A stretch of DNA of 64,000 nt from Clostridia bacterium (GTDB lineage: Bacteria; Bacillota; Clostridia; Oscillospirales; Butyricicoccaceae): contig JAFXDF010000036.1 of the NCBI GenBank assembly GCA_017521295.1, positions 1,275 through 65,274 of the forward strand. The letters run 5' to 3'. The position numbers and the translations under genes were made by a program. Below, one piece after another: positions 31,789 through 39,830 of this stretch (position 1 is its first letter; each line of letters starts with the position of its first letter). The notes beneath the pieces are model-generated. The model did no database searches, was not told where the DNA came from, and worked only from the letters and a program-made list of their open reading frames with translations.

Positions 31789-32448
31789 TCAGATCAGCTG
31801 CTGCTCGTTGATCATCAGCTTGAACTGCAGGCCCAGCTTTTCGGCGGCCTTGCGGCACATGAGCATACGGCCCATAAAGATCTCAAAATAATCCATCACC
31901 GAGCCGAACCGGTTGTCGACGGTCAGCTTTAGCTTGATGAGGGTGTGGGCCTCGTTGATCTTCAGCTCCGACTTGGTCACCGAATAATTCACCCGGTCGT
32001 GGATGTCAAAGCTCTGGATGTCCTGGTTGCGCACCCGGCTGCGGCGCACGTCCGACTTGTCGGCCAGGATCAAAGCGGCGGCCACCTCGTCCACGGGCAC
32101 GCCGGTGCCCTCGTCATGGTTGCCGATGGCGGTGACGATCACGGCGATATCCTGGGGCTCAAAGCCCAGATTGTCCAGAATGCGGAAGGCCATCACGGCG
32201 CCGCTCTGGCTGTGCTCCGAACGGTTCACCAGATTGCCGATATCGTGCAGGTAGCTGGCGATCTTGGCCAGTTCCACCGTATGTTCGTCATAACCCAGGG
32301 TCTCCAGAATGTAACCGGCCATCTCGGCCACACGGGTCACGTGGGCATAGCTGTGCTCGGTAAAGCCCAGTGCGGCCAGCGACTTGTCGGCCTGGGCGAT
32401 ATAGGTCTGAATGGTGGGATTTTCCCGGATCTGTTCATAAGTCATCAT
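31789..32448 (-). CDS. HD-domain phosphohydrolase
   Basis: Start moved to MMTYEQ. H...HD motif (SYLHDIGN). The longer ORF-track N-terminus lacks coding character. Confidence 0.7.
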   Translation of the reverse strand: MMTYEQIRENPTIQTYIAQADKSLAALGFTEHSYAHVTRVAEMAGYILETLGYDEHTVELAKIASYLHDIGNLVNRSEHSQSGAVMAFRILDNLGFEPQDIAVIVTAIGNHDEGTGVPVDEVAAALILADKSDVRRSRVRNQDIQSFDIHDRVNYSVTKSELKINEAHTLIKLKLTVDNRFGSVMDYFEIFMGRMLMCRKAAEKLGLQFKLMINEQQLI

Positions 32449-32611
32449 AGTGTCACACCTCCGTGCGTGATCGTTGTTCTTCTTTCTTTCATACGGTAAA
32501 ATTATAACACGTCCCGACGGAACAGACAAGTAAAATACTGTCAAAGAATTGTAAAGCGGCTGTAAAAAGAAAAACCACCTGAAAGTCTTGGGTTCAGGTG
32601 GCTTTTGCATG

Positions 32612-33235
32612 TTATCCGCCAAATTGAGCGATGCTGCGCTGCAGTTTTTCCACAAACAGGCCCACGTGATAGCCGTCACAGACGGCGTGATGGACCTGGA
32701 TGGCCAGGGGCAGCAGGCGCTTGCCCTCCCGCTCAAAATACTTGCCCAGGGTGAAGATGGGCAGCAGAAATCTGCCGTCGTCGAATACATTCAGGTTCAC
32801 CGAGGTGAACTCCAGCCAGGGCACCATGGAAATGTTGAACGAGTTTTCCGGCGTACCGGCCTTGGGCGCATAGCGTGTGGATTTGGAATATTCCGCCACG
32901 TCAGCCTGGTAGCTTTTCAAAAATTCGCCGTAATCCTCGGAATAATAGGACCAGATCCCCGAAAAGTTTTTGTTTTCCTTATTAAATACCGTGTACATGG
33001 GGTGCATACTGTCGTAAATGCCGGGACCGTCCTTGGTAAGCGTGGTGCGAAACTCGGGCATTTCGTTCACCGTTTTGGTCAGCAGCCAGATCATGGCCGG
33101 ATAAAGCTGCTGCCCCGCCAGCGGCGTGATATCCACGTTGACCGTAATGGAATAACCGCAGACCACCTCCTGGATGAAATGCTCGTAAAACTCCCGGCGC
33201 TCCCAGGTTTTCAGATCGATCAGCTGCAATGCCAT
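32612..33235 (-). CDS. cat: type A chloramphenicol O-acetyltransferase-like protein
   Basis: 207 aa with the signature HHAVCDGYH near the C-terminus and a W.RREFYEHF N-terminus. Confidence 0.8.
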   Translation of the reverse strand: MALQLIDLKTWERREFYEHFIQEVVCGYSITVNVDITPLAGQQLYPAMIWLLTKTVNEMPEFRTTLTKDGPGIYDSMHPMYTVFNKENKNFSGIWSYYSEDYGEFLKSYQADVAEYSKSTRYAPKAGTPENSFNISMVPWLEFTSVNLNVFDDGRFLLPIFTLGKYFEREGKRLLPLAIQVHHAVCDGYHVGLFVEKLQRSIAQFGG

Positions 33236-33246
33236 AGTTGCTCCTT

Positions 33247-34428
33247 TCAGGACTGTGCCTTCATGATGACCTTCAGCCGTTCTACCAGTTGACCGACCTT
33301 CAGCTCTTCCAGGTCGATGACGGCGATCCCCAGCTGGGCCGCCCGGTGCCGTGCGGCGGCGTTGCAGGGCTCGGTGGTGACAATGGCGGCTTTTGCGCCC
33401 TTTCCGCCGAAACGGTCCCGCAGAATGGACAGCTCATTGAGGGCCTCGGTCTTGATATCGGTGGCCTTGCAGCTGATAAACAGCGGAATGACGCCCCGGG
33501 CAGCCATCACGTCGATCTCATTGAGAACGCTGCCGTGGCCCAGGGTTTCATCCCAGCGGACAACGGCGCTGCTGATCACGTCGTTGAAAATGCCGGCGTC
33601 GATACAGGCCTTGTAAACGTACAGCTCCAGCACGCTGCCCACATCCCGCAGCCACCACCGGATATTGGTATCCCGGAAGCGGAAGGCCACCGACTGGCCG
33701 GCCACGATCTCCAGATCCTGCAGAAAACCGATCCGTGCCAGGGCTTCCAGGGCAGCTTCGTTGGCGGAGTTCCGGGAGCCGTGGTCGCCCTTCACCGTGT
33801 ATTTTCCCTGAACGGACAGCGAAGGCGTCTGGCCGTATTCCCCGGGAGACACCCGCTGAATGTAAGAAATAATGTCCGTCCAATCCCGGCGAAACCGCAG
33901 GAAACAGGAGAAGAACGGGTCAAAATCTTTCAGATATTTGGCCAGAATGTCATTGTCCACCCGGCCGGGGAGCAGCGTTCCGCCTGCCATCAGGAAAAAG
34001 TCCTCCACCGAATAGGAGAGGGTGCATTCCAGATTGTTGGCAAAATCGGCGCCGCTGATGTCATAAAAACTGTTCTTTTTCCGGGAGTAGGTAAAGGCGG
34101 GGGCGCCTGTTTTTGCCGAGAACATACCCGCCGCAAACAGCGCGGCATCGCTGCCGCCGGTAACGTCCACCGCGCAGTCCGGGTATTTTTCGCCGATGGT
34201 CAGCAGCTGGCGGAGAATACGGTCGGCTTTGAACAGGCTAGCCTCCTGGAACAGCACCTCCGGCTCCCAGCCCCGGCGCTTGAAAAAGGCCCTCATTTGC
34301 TCCTGCCGCTTCCGGTTTTGAGCAATTTCATTGGGGCAAAGATAAATGATGCGCTTGGGCCGGAACATTTCCGGGGCCAGAATATTTTCGATGGCGCGCT
34401 CATCATACAGCTCGATCAATGTATCCAT
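33247..34428 (-). CDS. Card1/Can2-like CARF-domain protein with DUF1887-type PD-(D/E)xK nuclease domain
   Basis: 393 aa. N-terminal Rossmann/CARF-like motif VDVTGGSD. C-terminal GSVLELYVYK and E-I-D-x12-S-C-K restriction-endonuclease-like motif. Confidence 0.65.
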   Translation of the reverse strand: MDTLIELYDERAIENILAPEMFRPKRIIYLCPNEIAQNRKRQEQMRAFFKRRGWEPEVLFQEASLFKADRILRQLLTIGEKYPDCAVDVTGGSDAALFAAGMFSAKTGAPAFTYSRKKNSFYDISGADFANNLECTLSYSVEDFFLMAGGTLLPGRVDNDILAKYLKDFDPFFSCFLRFRRDWTDIISYIQRVSPGEYGQTPSLSVQGKYTVKGDHGSRNSANEAALEALARIGFLQDLEIVAGQSVAFRFRDTNIRWWLRDVGSVLELYVYKACIDAGIFNDVISSAVVRWDETLGHGSVLNEIDVMAARGVIPLFISCKATDIKTEALNELSILRDRFGGKGAKAAIVTTEPCNAAARHRAAQLGIAVIDLEELKVGQLVERLKVIMKAQS

Positions 34429-34506
34429 GAACTTACCGCCTTTCCTTTATACTTGATTGTTTTCATTATACGGCTTTTTCGGGATAAATTCAACGCCATG
34501 AGGCAC

Positions 34507-34569
34507 GAAAGGCCGCCGGTTCGACGGCAAAAAAAGAAAGCACCCGCTTAGCATTAAGCGAGTGCGTTC
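34507..34569. repeat. 63-bp direct repeat, copy 1 (copy of the tRNA-Arg 3' flank and terminator)
   Basis: Identical to 34783-34845 except for one mismatch (C34517 vs T34793). Confidence 0.85.
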
Positions 34570-34708
34570 CTGTGCATCAGCCGTCCCTCACCCAAACCGA
34601 AGCCCAGCGCAGCGGGTTCGGTTTGGAAAGGAGGAGCGATGAAGTGAATGAGAGATGGCGTTTCAACATGAAACGCCGTCGCGAAGGATACGGAGTACGC
34701 GACGACGC

Positions 34709-34731
34709 GGTACGCCCGACTGGAGTCGAAC
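34709..34731 (-). pseudogene. 23-nt fragment of the tRNA-Arg 3' end (T-loop to CC)
   Basis: GGTACGCCCGACTGGAGTCGAAC is identical to 34847-34869 and 58104-58126. The flanks do not form a tRNA. Confidence 0.7.
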
Positions 34732-34782
34732 GGGCGGAGTCGTAGGCTGCGCCTGCGCTCCGCTTGCGGACTGGATCGGATA

Positions 34783-34845
34783 GAAAGGCCGCTGGTTCGA
34801 CGGCAAAAAAAGAAAGCACCCGCTTAGCATTAAGCGAGTGCGTTC
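34783..34845. repeat. 63-bp direct repeat, copy 2 (native 3' flank of the split tRNA-Arg, including its terminator hairpin)
   Basis: Abuts the tRNA 3' end. Contains a GCACCCGCTTAGCATTAAGCGAGTGC hairpin with a T-run on the minus strand. Bases 34784-34801 are a perfect inverted copy of T-arm bases 34863-34880. Confidence 0.8.
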
Positions 34846-34891
34846 TGGTACGCCCGACTGGAGTCGAACCAGCGGCCTTTAGAGTCGGAGT
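34846..34891 (-). pseudogene. tRNA-Arg(CCG) 3' half (anticodon loop to CCA), displaced by the element
   Basis: Minus-strand reading is ACTCCGAC-TCTAA-AGGCC-GCTGG-TTCGACT-CCAGT-CGGGCGT-A-CCA. It complements the 5' half at 58320-58358. Confidence 0.8.
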
Positions 34892-35018
34892 TATCAGGCG
34901 GGAAACGAAAAAGCCTGTATTTGCAAAGCTTTCGTCAGTTGTGCACAGATTTGAAGATGATAACGAGAAACCCGCAAACCGTTGCAGCGCAACAGTTTGC
35001 GGGTGTTTTGCTGTTTTT

Positions 35019-35043
35019 AAAAAATAGTAGTCAGATAGTAGTC
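35019..35043. repeat. arm-type-like repeat near attL (AAAAAATAGTAGTCAGATAGTAGTC)
   Basis: Contains ATAGTAGTC twice at 11-bp spacing. 23/25 identical to 58207-58231, in the same orientation. Confidence 0.6.
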
Positions 35044-35126
35044 TCAATACTGACAATCAGGTTTAAATTACCATAAAAATCACATCACAAGCTACTTGTC
35101 AACTTCTGAGCGATATATGCTTATTT

Positions 35127-35726
35127 CTATAGGGTCTTGGGTGGATCATCTAAAAGGGTAAATAACTTCTTGTTATATGTATTGGAGTCGACAACAGATA
35201 CAGTGCAATTTAACCATCTTAGCTTTTTCCTCAGACTCACCTGCAAAGACTCCATTTGCATCTTCTTAGTGCGTGTTCTTCCTCCAAAATCACCTTCAAG
35301 AAGTAGAATAATTAGCAGATTCTTCTCTTTTGTTGAAATTCCTTTGTCAACAAGCATATTGGCATAAGGAATAATTGAATTTGCAGCGCCGTTTTCGACA
35401 CCTGTTGTAACAGCACCAATCAAACAAGCTATCGTCATAGCTACCTTTTGAGCGATTTCAATATCAAGGCTGTCACGATCATGGCTATCTTCAGGAGCTA
35501 AATGAGCTTTCTTATTATCAGGATCAATACGCCAACGATTATCTGCTTCATGTCCTTTGCAGTTCTTTATCTCAAGTAACACCAATTGACCTTGATCCTT
35601 ATAGAGGATATCTACGCCTTTAGCTGCCGGAAATGAAACGAAGCACTTCCGATAATATGGTGTATCGTCAAATTTTATTGCGGATCCTTGTGAAAAACAA
35701 AAACCAAAGCCACTTTCCTTAATCAT
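35127..35726 (-). CDS. hypothetical protein with a PD-(D/E)xK-like motif
   Basis: 199 aa. GVDILYKD-x9-LLEIKNCK gives D-x11-E-x-K. Start overlaps the stop of the upstream ATPase ORF. AT-rich. Confidence 0.45.
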   Translation of the reverse strand: MIKESGFGFCFSQGSAIKFDDTPYYRKCFVSFPAAKGVDILYKDQGQLVLLEIKNCKGHEADNRWRIDPDNKKAHLAPEDSHDRDSLDIEIAQKVAMTIACLIGAVTTGVENGAANSIIPYANMLVDKGISTKEKNLLIILLLEGDFGGRTRTKKMQMESLQVSLRKKLRWLNCTVSVVDSNTYNKKLFTLLDDPPKTL

Positions 35727-36606
35727 TGTAAATCAAACGTTGTTCTCTGTCGTATAATGAATCAAACTCTTCCATAACAGCATTATGCTGCAAATCCTGG
35801 ATATCTTTTGCACACTCAAACCCTATTTTGCCATCTTCTTTATACAGTGACAAAAATCTAATGTCCAACTGATCGGGATTGCTTTTAGGATAGGCAGTTA
35901 ACATGTTGAAACTCTGCTGGACAAAATAGTCATGAGTCGTCACGAAAACCTGAACTCCCATTTTGGCAAGTTCCACAATGGCCTTAGTCACATGCTGAAT
36001 CATCTTAGGATTCATGTTTGTTTCAGGCTCGTCCCAGAATAATACAGAGTTCTTGCTAAGACTTCCAGATGAGATTAAATAGATGATGGTTGCCAATTTG
36101 CGATAACCCTCAGAAACCAAGCCCATCTCGAATTCGCCTTCTCCAGGCACTTTTAAATAGAATTTTTTTTCGCGCTGAACAATACTACCTTCAAGAATGT
36201 TTTCAAAACTCGAAAGAACCTGATTCTGCTCGGTCGTGTTTGAGCCACGTTTTAATGGTTTATCTAACAATTTTGTTAAATCATAATATGTCTCTTCAAA
36301 ATCTAAATGATATTCTTCATATAAACTTTGAAAATGTTCCGTAGCAGAAATCATTTCTTTTGGGGGCAAGTAGATAGGATCAAAAGATTGATTAGGAGCA
36401 ATCTTTTTTACTTCCAATTCCACATGGCGTCCACTGCGAGTGCCAAATGCCACGGAAATTTCATCACCTTTTTCTAATTTCATACAAAGATTGGCTCGGT
36501 TGCTTCCTTGTTTGCGGCTGACAAGACGACCTATTTTCATGTCATCTGGTCTGAAAACTCCTGTGATCTTTTCGACAAAAGCAACCTCAAGCTGATCCTT
36601 TGTCAT
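35719..36606 (-). CDS. ABC/AAA_21-type ATPase, C-terminal part (signature-like motif, Walker B, D-loop, H-loop)
   Basis: 295 aa. SEGYRKL signature-like motif, Walker B VLFWDEPETNMNP, and TTHD. No Walker A in this ORF. Confidence 0.7.
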   Translation of the reverse strand: MTKDQLEVAFVEKITGVFRPDDMKIGRLVSRKQGSNRANLCMKLEKGDEISVAFGTRSGRHVELEVKKIAPNQSFDPIYLPPKEMISATEHFQSLYEEYHLDFEETYYDLTKLLDKPLKRGSNTTEQNQVLSSFENILEGSIVQREKKFYLKVPGEGEFEMGLVSEGYRKLATIIYLISSGSLSKNSVLFWDEPETNMNPKMIQHVTKAIVELAKMGVQVFVTTHDYFVQQSFNMLTAYPKSNPDQLDIRFLSLYKEDGKIGFECAKDIQDLQHNAVMEEFDSLYDREQRLIYND

Positions 36607-36776
36607 TTCATTAATATTTTTTTGCTATAAGGCTTTAGCAAGGAATATAGGCATTTTAGAAGGGTTGTCTTTCCGGTGCTGTTTTCTCCAAAAATTACAT
36701 TAATATTTGGAGACCAATCCATGATCATATCATCAAACAGCATGAAATCCTTCAGATGAGTCTGCAGAATTTTCAT
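36603..36776 (-). CDS. ABC/AAA_21-type ATPase, N-terminal Walker A fragment (split gene)
   Basis: MKILQTHLKDF...NVIFGENSTGKTTLLK. The stop TGA overlaps the ATG of the next ORF (ATGA). An A7 run lies 11-17 nt upstream of the junction. An alternative TTG start exists at 36860. Confidence 0.6.
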   Translation of the reverse strand: MKILQTHLKDFMLFDDMIMDWSPNINVIFGENSTGKTTLLKCLYSLLKPYSKKILMK

Positions 36777-36914
36777 TGAATGAACCAGCCTTTCACTTTG
36801 AAATAGAAGATACCTATTTTTCATTTTAACATAGATTAATATAGGCAATAAACGTGACAATTACCTTACTTTTTCTTGTATTGTTTTGGAAGGTAATTAA
36901 ATCTATTATATTTA

Positions 36915-36943
36915 ATTATGTCATCATAGCAATAATGTGTCAA
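36915..36943 (-). promoter_or_regulatory. candidate promoter for the ATPase/nuclease operon
   Basis: Minus-strand TTGACA (36938-36943), 17 nt, CATAAT (36915-36920). Confidence 0.35.
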
Positions 36944-37188
36944 GCCGATTTTGCTTCAGCACACCATCTCATTTTTATAAATTGTGCATAATTTATTTAA
37001 GGGTAACTTTTAATCATAGTTGCAAAATCTGATATAAAGGAAAGCTATAATATGATTTTATAATTATTGTGTCCAATGTATTGACTTTTTACAGGTGCAG
37101 TGCGTTCAAGCAAATAGATTGAATACTTATTTGCAAAATCATTTTGCCGCAGTATAATAAAGAAAATGCAATAAAGTGGAGGCTGGGT

Positions 37189-38376
37189 ATGAGTAAAACA
37201 CGCATCATAAATCAGTATCTTCTTAGCGCAAAAAGTAAAGGCCTCAAACGCCTCTATAGTAATACCGAACAGGCTTATGTTGATCTATGCGCTGTACTCA
37301 AGAAAAAGTATTCAAAATGCGAAGAAGTAGCTGAAGGTTCTGCTTTGAAAATTGAACATACTTTTCACAACGAAACAAAAAACTGTTATTTTGTTTATAA
37401 GAAGTCTAGCTCAATAGCAAGACACTATGTATCTGTTTTCACCTTAGAGACCGGAACTGCAGGCTTAGAGCTTTTGGAAGAGGTTTGCAATACTGTTTTT
37501 AAGACAGATAGTGTGCTGTCAAATTATTATGATATCATTGTTTTGAGAGACGGTATTTCCGAAAAATATAGCAATAAAATATTTCCAAAGTTTAACGAAT
37601 ATGAGCGAAAACTGAAAGCGCTTATGTTCGCTGTCTATACTCAGGAGTATGGTTCTGCGTACATTCAAGTGGTCCAGTCGCATGTCGAGAACTCCATAAA
37701 AGGTGCGCCTAAAAACAAAAAAGAACTTAGCCGTGTTCAAGAAATGTTTTTTGCGCTTACCCTGGGAGATATCCAAAATGTCTTATTTACGCCATATTGG
37801 TCCCCAGCTGATGAAAACTATTATTATGCATTGCTAAACGATAGCTGTGACTATTCCAAGTGTAGCAATGAGGAAATACGACAATTATTTTCAACACTTA
37901 AGCCGAAGTGCGATTGGGATAAATTCTTTGCAAAACTGTTTCGTGAGGAAAACATGCCCGATATAATTGATGAGCTCCGAAATTATCGAAACATAGTTGC
38001 CCATTGCAAGTCTTTTTCAACGGAACAATATATTGCTAGCAGAGAACTTCTGAAAAAAGCTATAAAGCAACTTGATAGAGCATTGAACAGCATTGCACCT
38101 AGGTACCATAAATTGCTGGACAATATAGAAGAAGATGCGCCTTGTGGCAGTGTTTCAATGCTTGGGCAAATATCTCAAGACAAAAGCTCTCATAATTCTG
38201 CGAGATTTGAAGCAATTGCCAGAAGTATTGCAGAGGCAGTCGCAATGTCCAGTAACCATTCCTCTATTGATACAGATATCATTGAACCCTTACGATACAT
38301 ACCACCCAAGCATATAGGAAAAGCGATAAAGCAGCGCGTAAAACCTCATTACCACAGGAAAAGCCTTAAAAAGTAA
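37189..38376 (+). CDS. HEPN-domain protein (Swt1/Apea-like R-x4-H motif)
   Basis: Start at MSKTRI (GTGGAGG RBS, TATAAT at 37153-37158). Motif ELRNYRNIVAHCK with the upstream helix FNEYERKLKALMF. AT-rich. Confidence 0.55.
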   Translation: MSKTRIINQYLLSAKSKGLKRLYSNTEQAYVDLCAVLKKKYSKCEEVAEGSALKIEHTFHNETKNCYFVYKKSSSIARHYVSVFTLETGTAGLELLEEVCNTVFKTDSVLSNYYDIIVLRDGISEKYSNKIFPKFNEYERKLKALMFAVYTQEYGSAYIQVVQSHVENSIKGAPKNKKELSRVQEMFFALTLGDIQNVLFTPYWSPADENYYYALLNDSCDYSKCSNEEIRQLFSTLKPKCDWDKFFAKLFREENMPDIIDELRNYRNIVAHCKSFSTEQYIASRELLKKAIKQLDRALNSIAPRYHKLLDNIEEDAPCGSVSMLGQISQDKSSHNSARFEAIARSIAEAVAMSSNHSSIDTDIIEPLRYIPPKHIGKAIKQRVKPHYHRKSLKK

Positions 38377-38404
38377 TGCAGACAGATTGTCAGGAGCAAG
38401 TACC

Positions 38405-39103
38405 ATGACTTACCGTATTGCCATTGTTGACGACAACCAAGCAGACCGGGAGTTCCTCCACGCTCAGGCGCAGAGCTGGGCGACGCAGAACGACAGCACC
38501 CTGCAGGTCGAACTGTTCGCCTCTGCTGAGGAGTTTCTGTTTCACTATGCCGAGCACAAGGACTATGATATCCTGTTGTTGGACATTGAGATGCCCGGCA
38601 TGGACGGGGTTACCATGGCCCGACGCATCCGGAAAGAAAATGAAACCTTGCAGATCGTGTTCATCACCGGTTACTCCGAATACATCTCCGAGGGCTACGA
38701 GGTAGCGGCGCTCCATTACCTGATGAAACCGGTGAACACCGATAAACTGCATCAGGTGCTGGATCGTGCAGCGGACAAGCTCCAGCGAAACGAACGCTGT
38801 CTGACACTGGAGTTATCCGGCGAAGTGGTGCGCCTGCCCCTGTACCAGATCCGCTGGGCCGAGGTGCGGCAGAACTATCTGACCATCCACGCCAAGGCCG
38901 ATTATACCGTGAAAATGACCCTTTCTGAGTTGGAAAACCGTCTGGATGACCGCTTCTTCCGTGCGGGTCGGTCGTTTATCATCAATCTGACCGAGGTGCG
39001 CTCGGTGACCCGACAGGAGGTTCGCCTGTCCGACGGCACAGTCATCCCGCTGCCCCGAGGCCAGTATGAGCCGTTGAACAGAGCTATTATTTCTCGTGGT
39101 TAG
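38405..39103 (+). CDS. LytTR-family two-component response regulator
   Basis: REC domain (IVDDN, LLLDIEMPGMDG) plus a C-terminal LytTR domain (FFRAGRSFIINL). Confidence 0.85.
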   Translation: MTYRIAIVDDNQADREFLHAQAQSWATQNDSTLQVELFASAEEFLFHYAEHKDYDILLLDIEMPGMDGVTMARRIRKENETLQIVFITGYSEYISEGYEVAALHYLMKPVNTDKLHQVLDRAADKLQRNERCLTLELSGEVVRLPLYQIRWAEVRQNYLTIHAKADYTVKMTLSELENRLDDRFFRAGRSFIINLTEVRSVTRQEVRLSDGTVIPLPRGQYEPLNRAIISRG

Positions 39104-39112
39104 GAGGCTTTT

Positions 39113-39775
39113 ATGAGTATCTTTTCCAAACTCATCGACAAGCGCATCGCGGCCTATCAGCGGGAACTCATCGAGACCCATTACGCCGAGGTGGAGAATA
39201 TGTACCGCCAGATCCGCGGCTGGCGGCATGACTATCGCAACCACATCCAGACCATGAAGGTCCACGCTGCCAACGGCGACATGGAGTCCATCCGCCGCTA
39301 TCTGGACGCACTGGACACCGACCTGAACACGGTGGACACCGTCATCAAAACGGGCAATGCCATGGCTGATGCTATCCTCAACTCCAAGATCTCCCTTGCC
39401 AAAGCCCGCGGCATCGCCGTTCATGCCGACGCCCATATCCCGTTGGCGCTGACCACCTCTGAATTGGATCTGTGCGTCATTCTGGGCAACCTGTTCGACA
39501 ACGCCATCGAGGCCAGCTTGGCTTTGCCGGAGGAGCAGCGGCTGATCCGGGTTTATATGGATATGAAAGGCACACAGCTGTACATCTCCTTTACCAACTT
39601 CACCGCCTCCCAAAAGCAGGCCAAGATCTCCGGGCGGTTCCGCACCACCAAGGGCGAGGGCCACGGCTTCGGTCTGGTGCGCATCGACTCCATTGTGGAG
39701 CGTCTGAACGGTTATCTGAGCCGCAACAGTGAGGACGGCGCTTTCACCACAGAGATTCTTTTGCCACAATCATAG
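39113..39775 (+). CDS. GHKL histidine kinase lacking a transmembrane sensor domain (HPK10/AgrC-type catalytic core only)
   Basis: 220 aa. H-box RHDYRNHIQ, N-box LGNLFDNAIEA, and G-box GEGHGFGL. No hydrophobic N-terminal region. Confidence 0.75.
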   Translation: MSIFSKLIDKRIAAYQRELIETHYAEVENMYRQIRGWRHDYRNHIQTMKVHAANGDMESIRRYLDALDTDLNTVDTVIKTGNAMADAILNSKISLAKARGIAVHADAHIPLALTTSELDLCVILGNLFDNAIEASLALPEEQRLIRVYMDMKGTQLYISFTNFTASQKQAKISGRFRTTKGEGHGFGLVRIDSIVERLNGYLSRNSEDGAFTTEILLPQS

Positions 39776-39830
39776 TGAGTGAGGTACATAGTTTGCAGGT
39801 ATGCCACCATTGTGAAAGGAGCCAGAACAT

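Noticed and set aside
34577-35056. 159-aa minus-strand ORF across the att region
   Set aside because: It is built from translated tRNA fragments, terminator repeats and att flank. It has no RBS, and part of it merely translates the tRNA T-arm.
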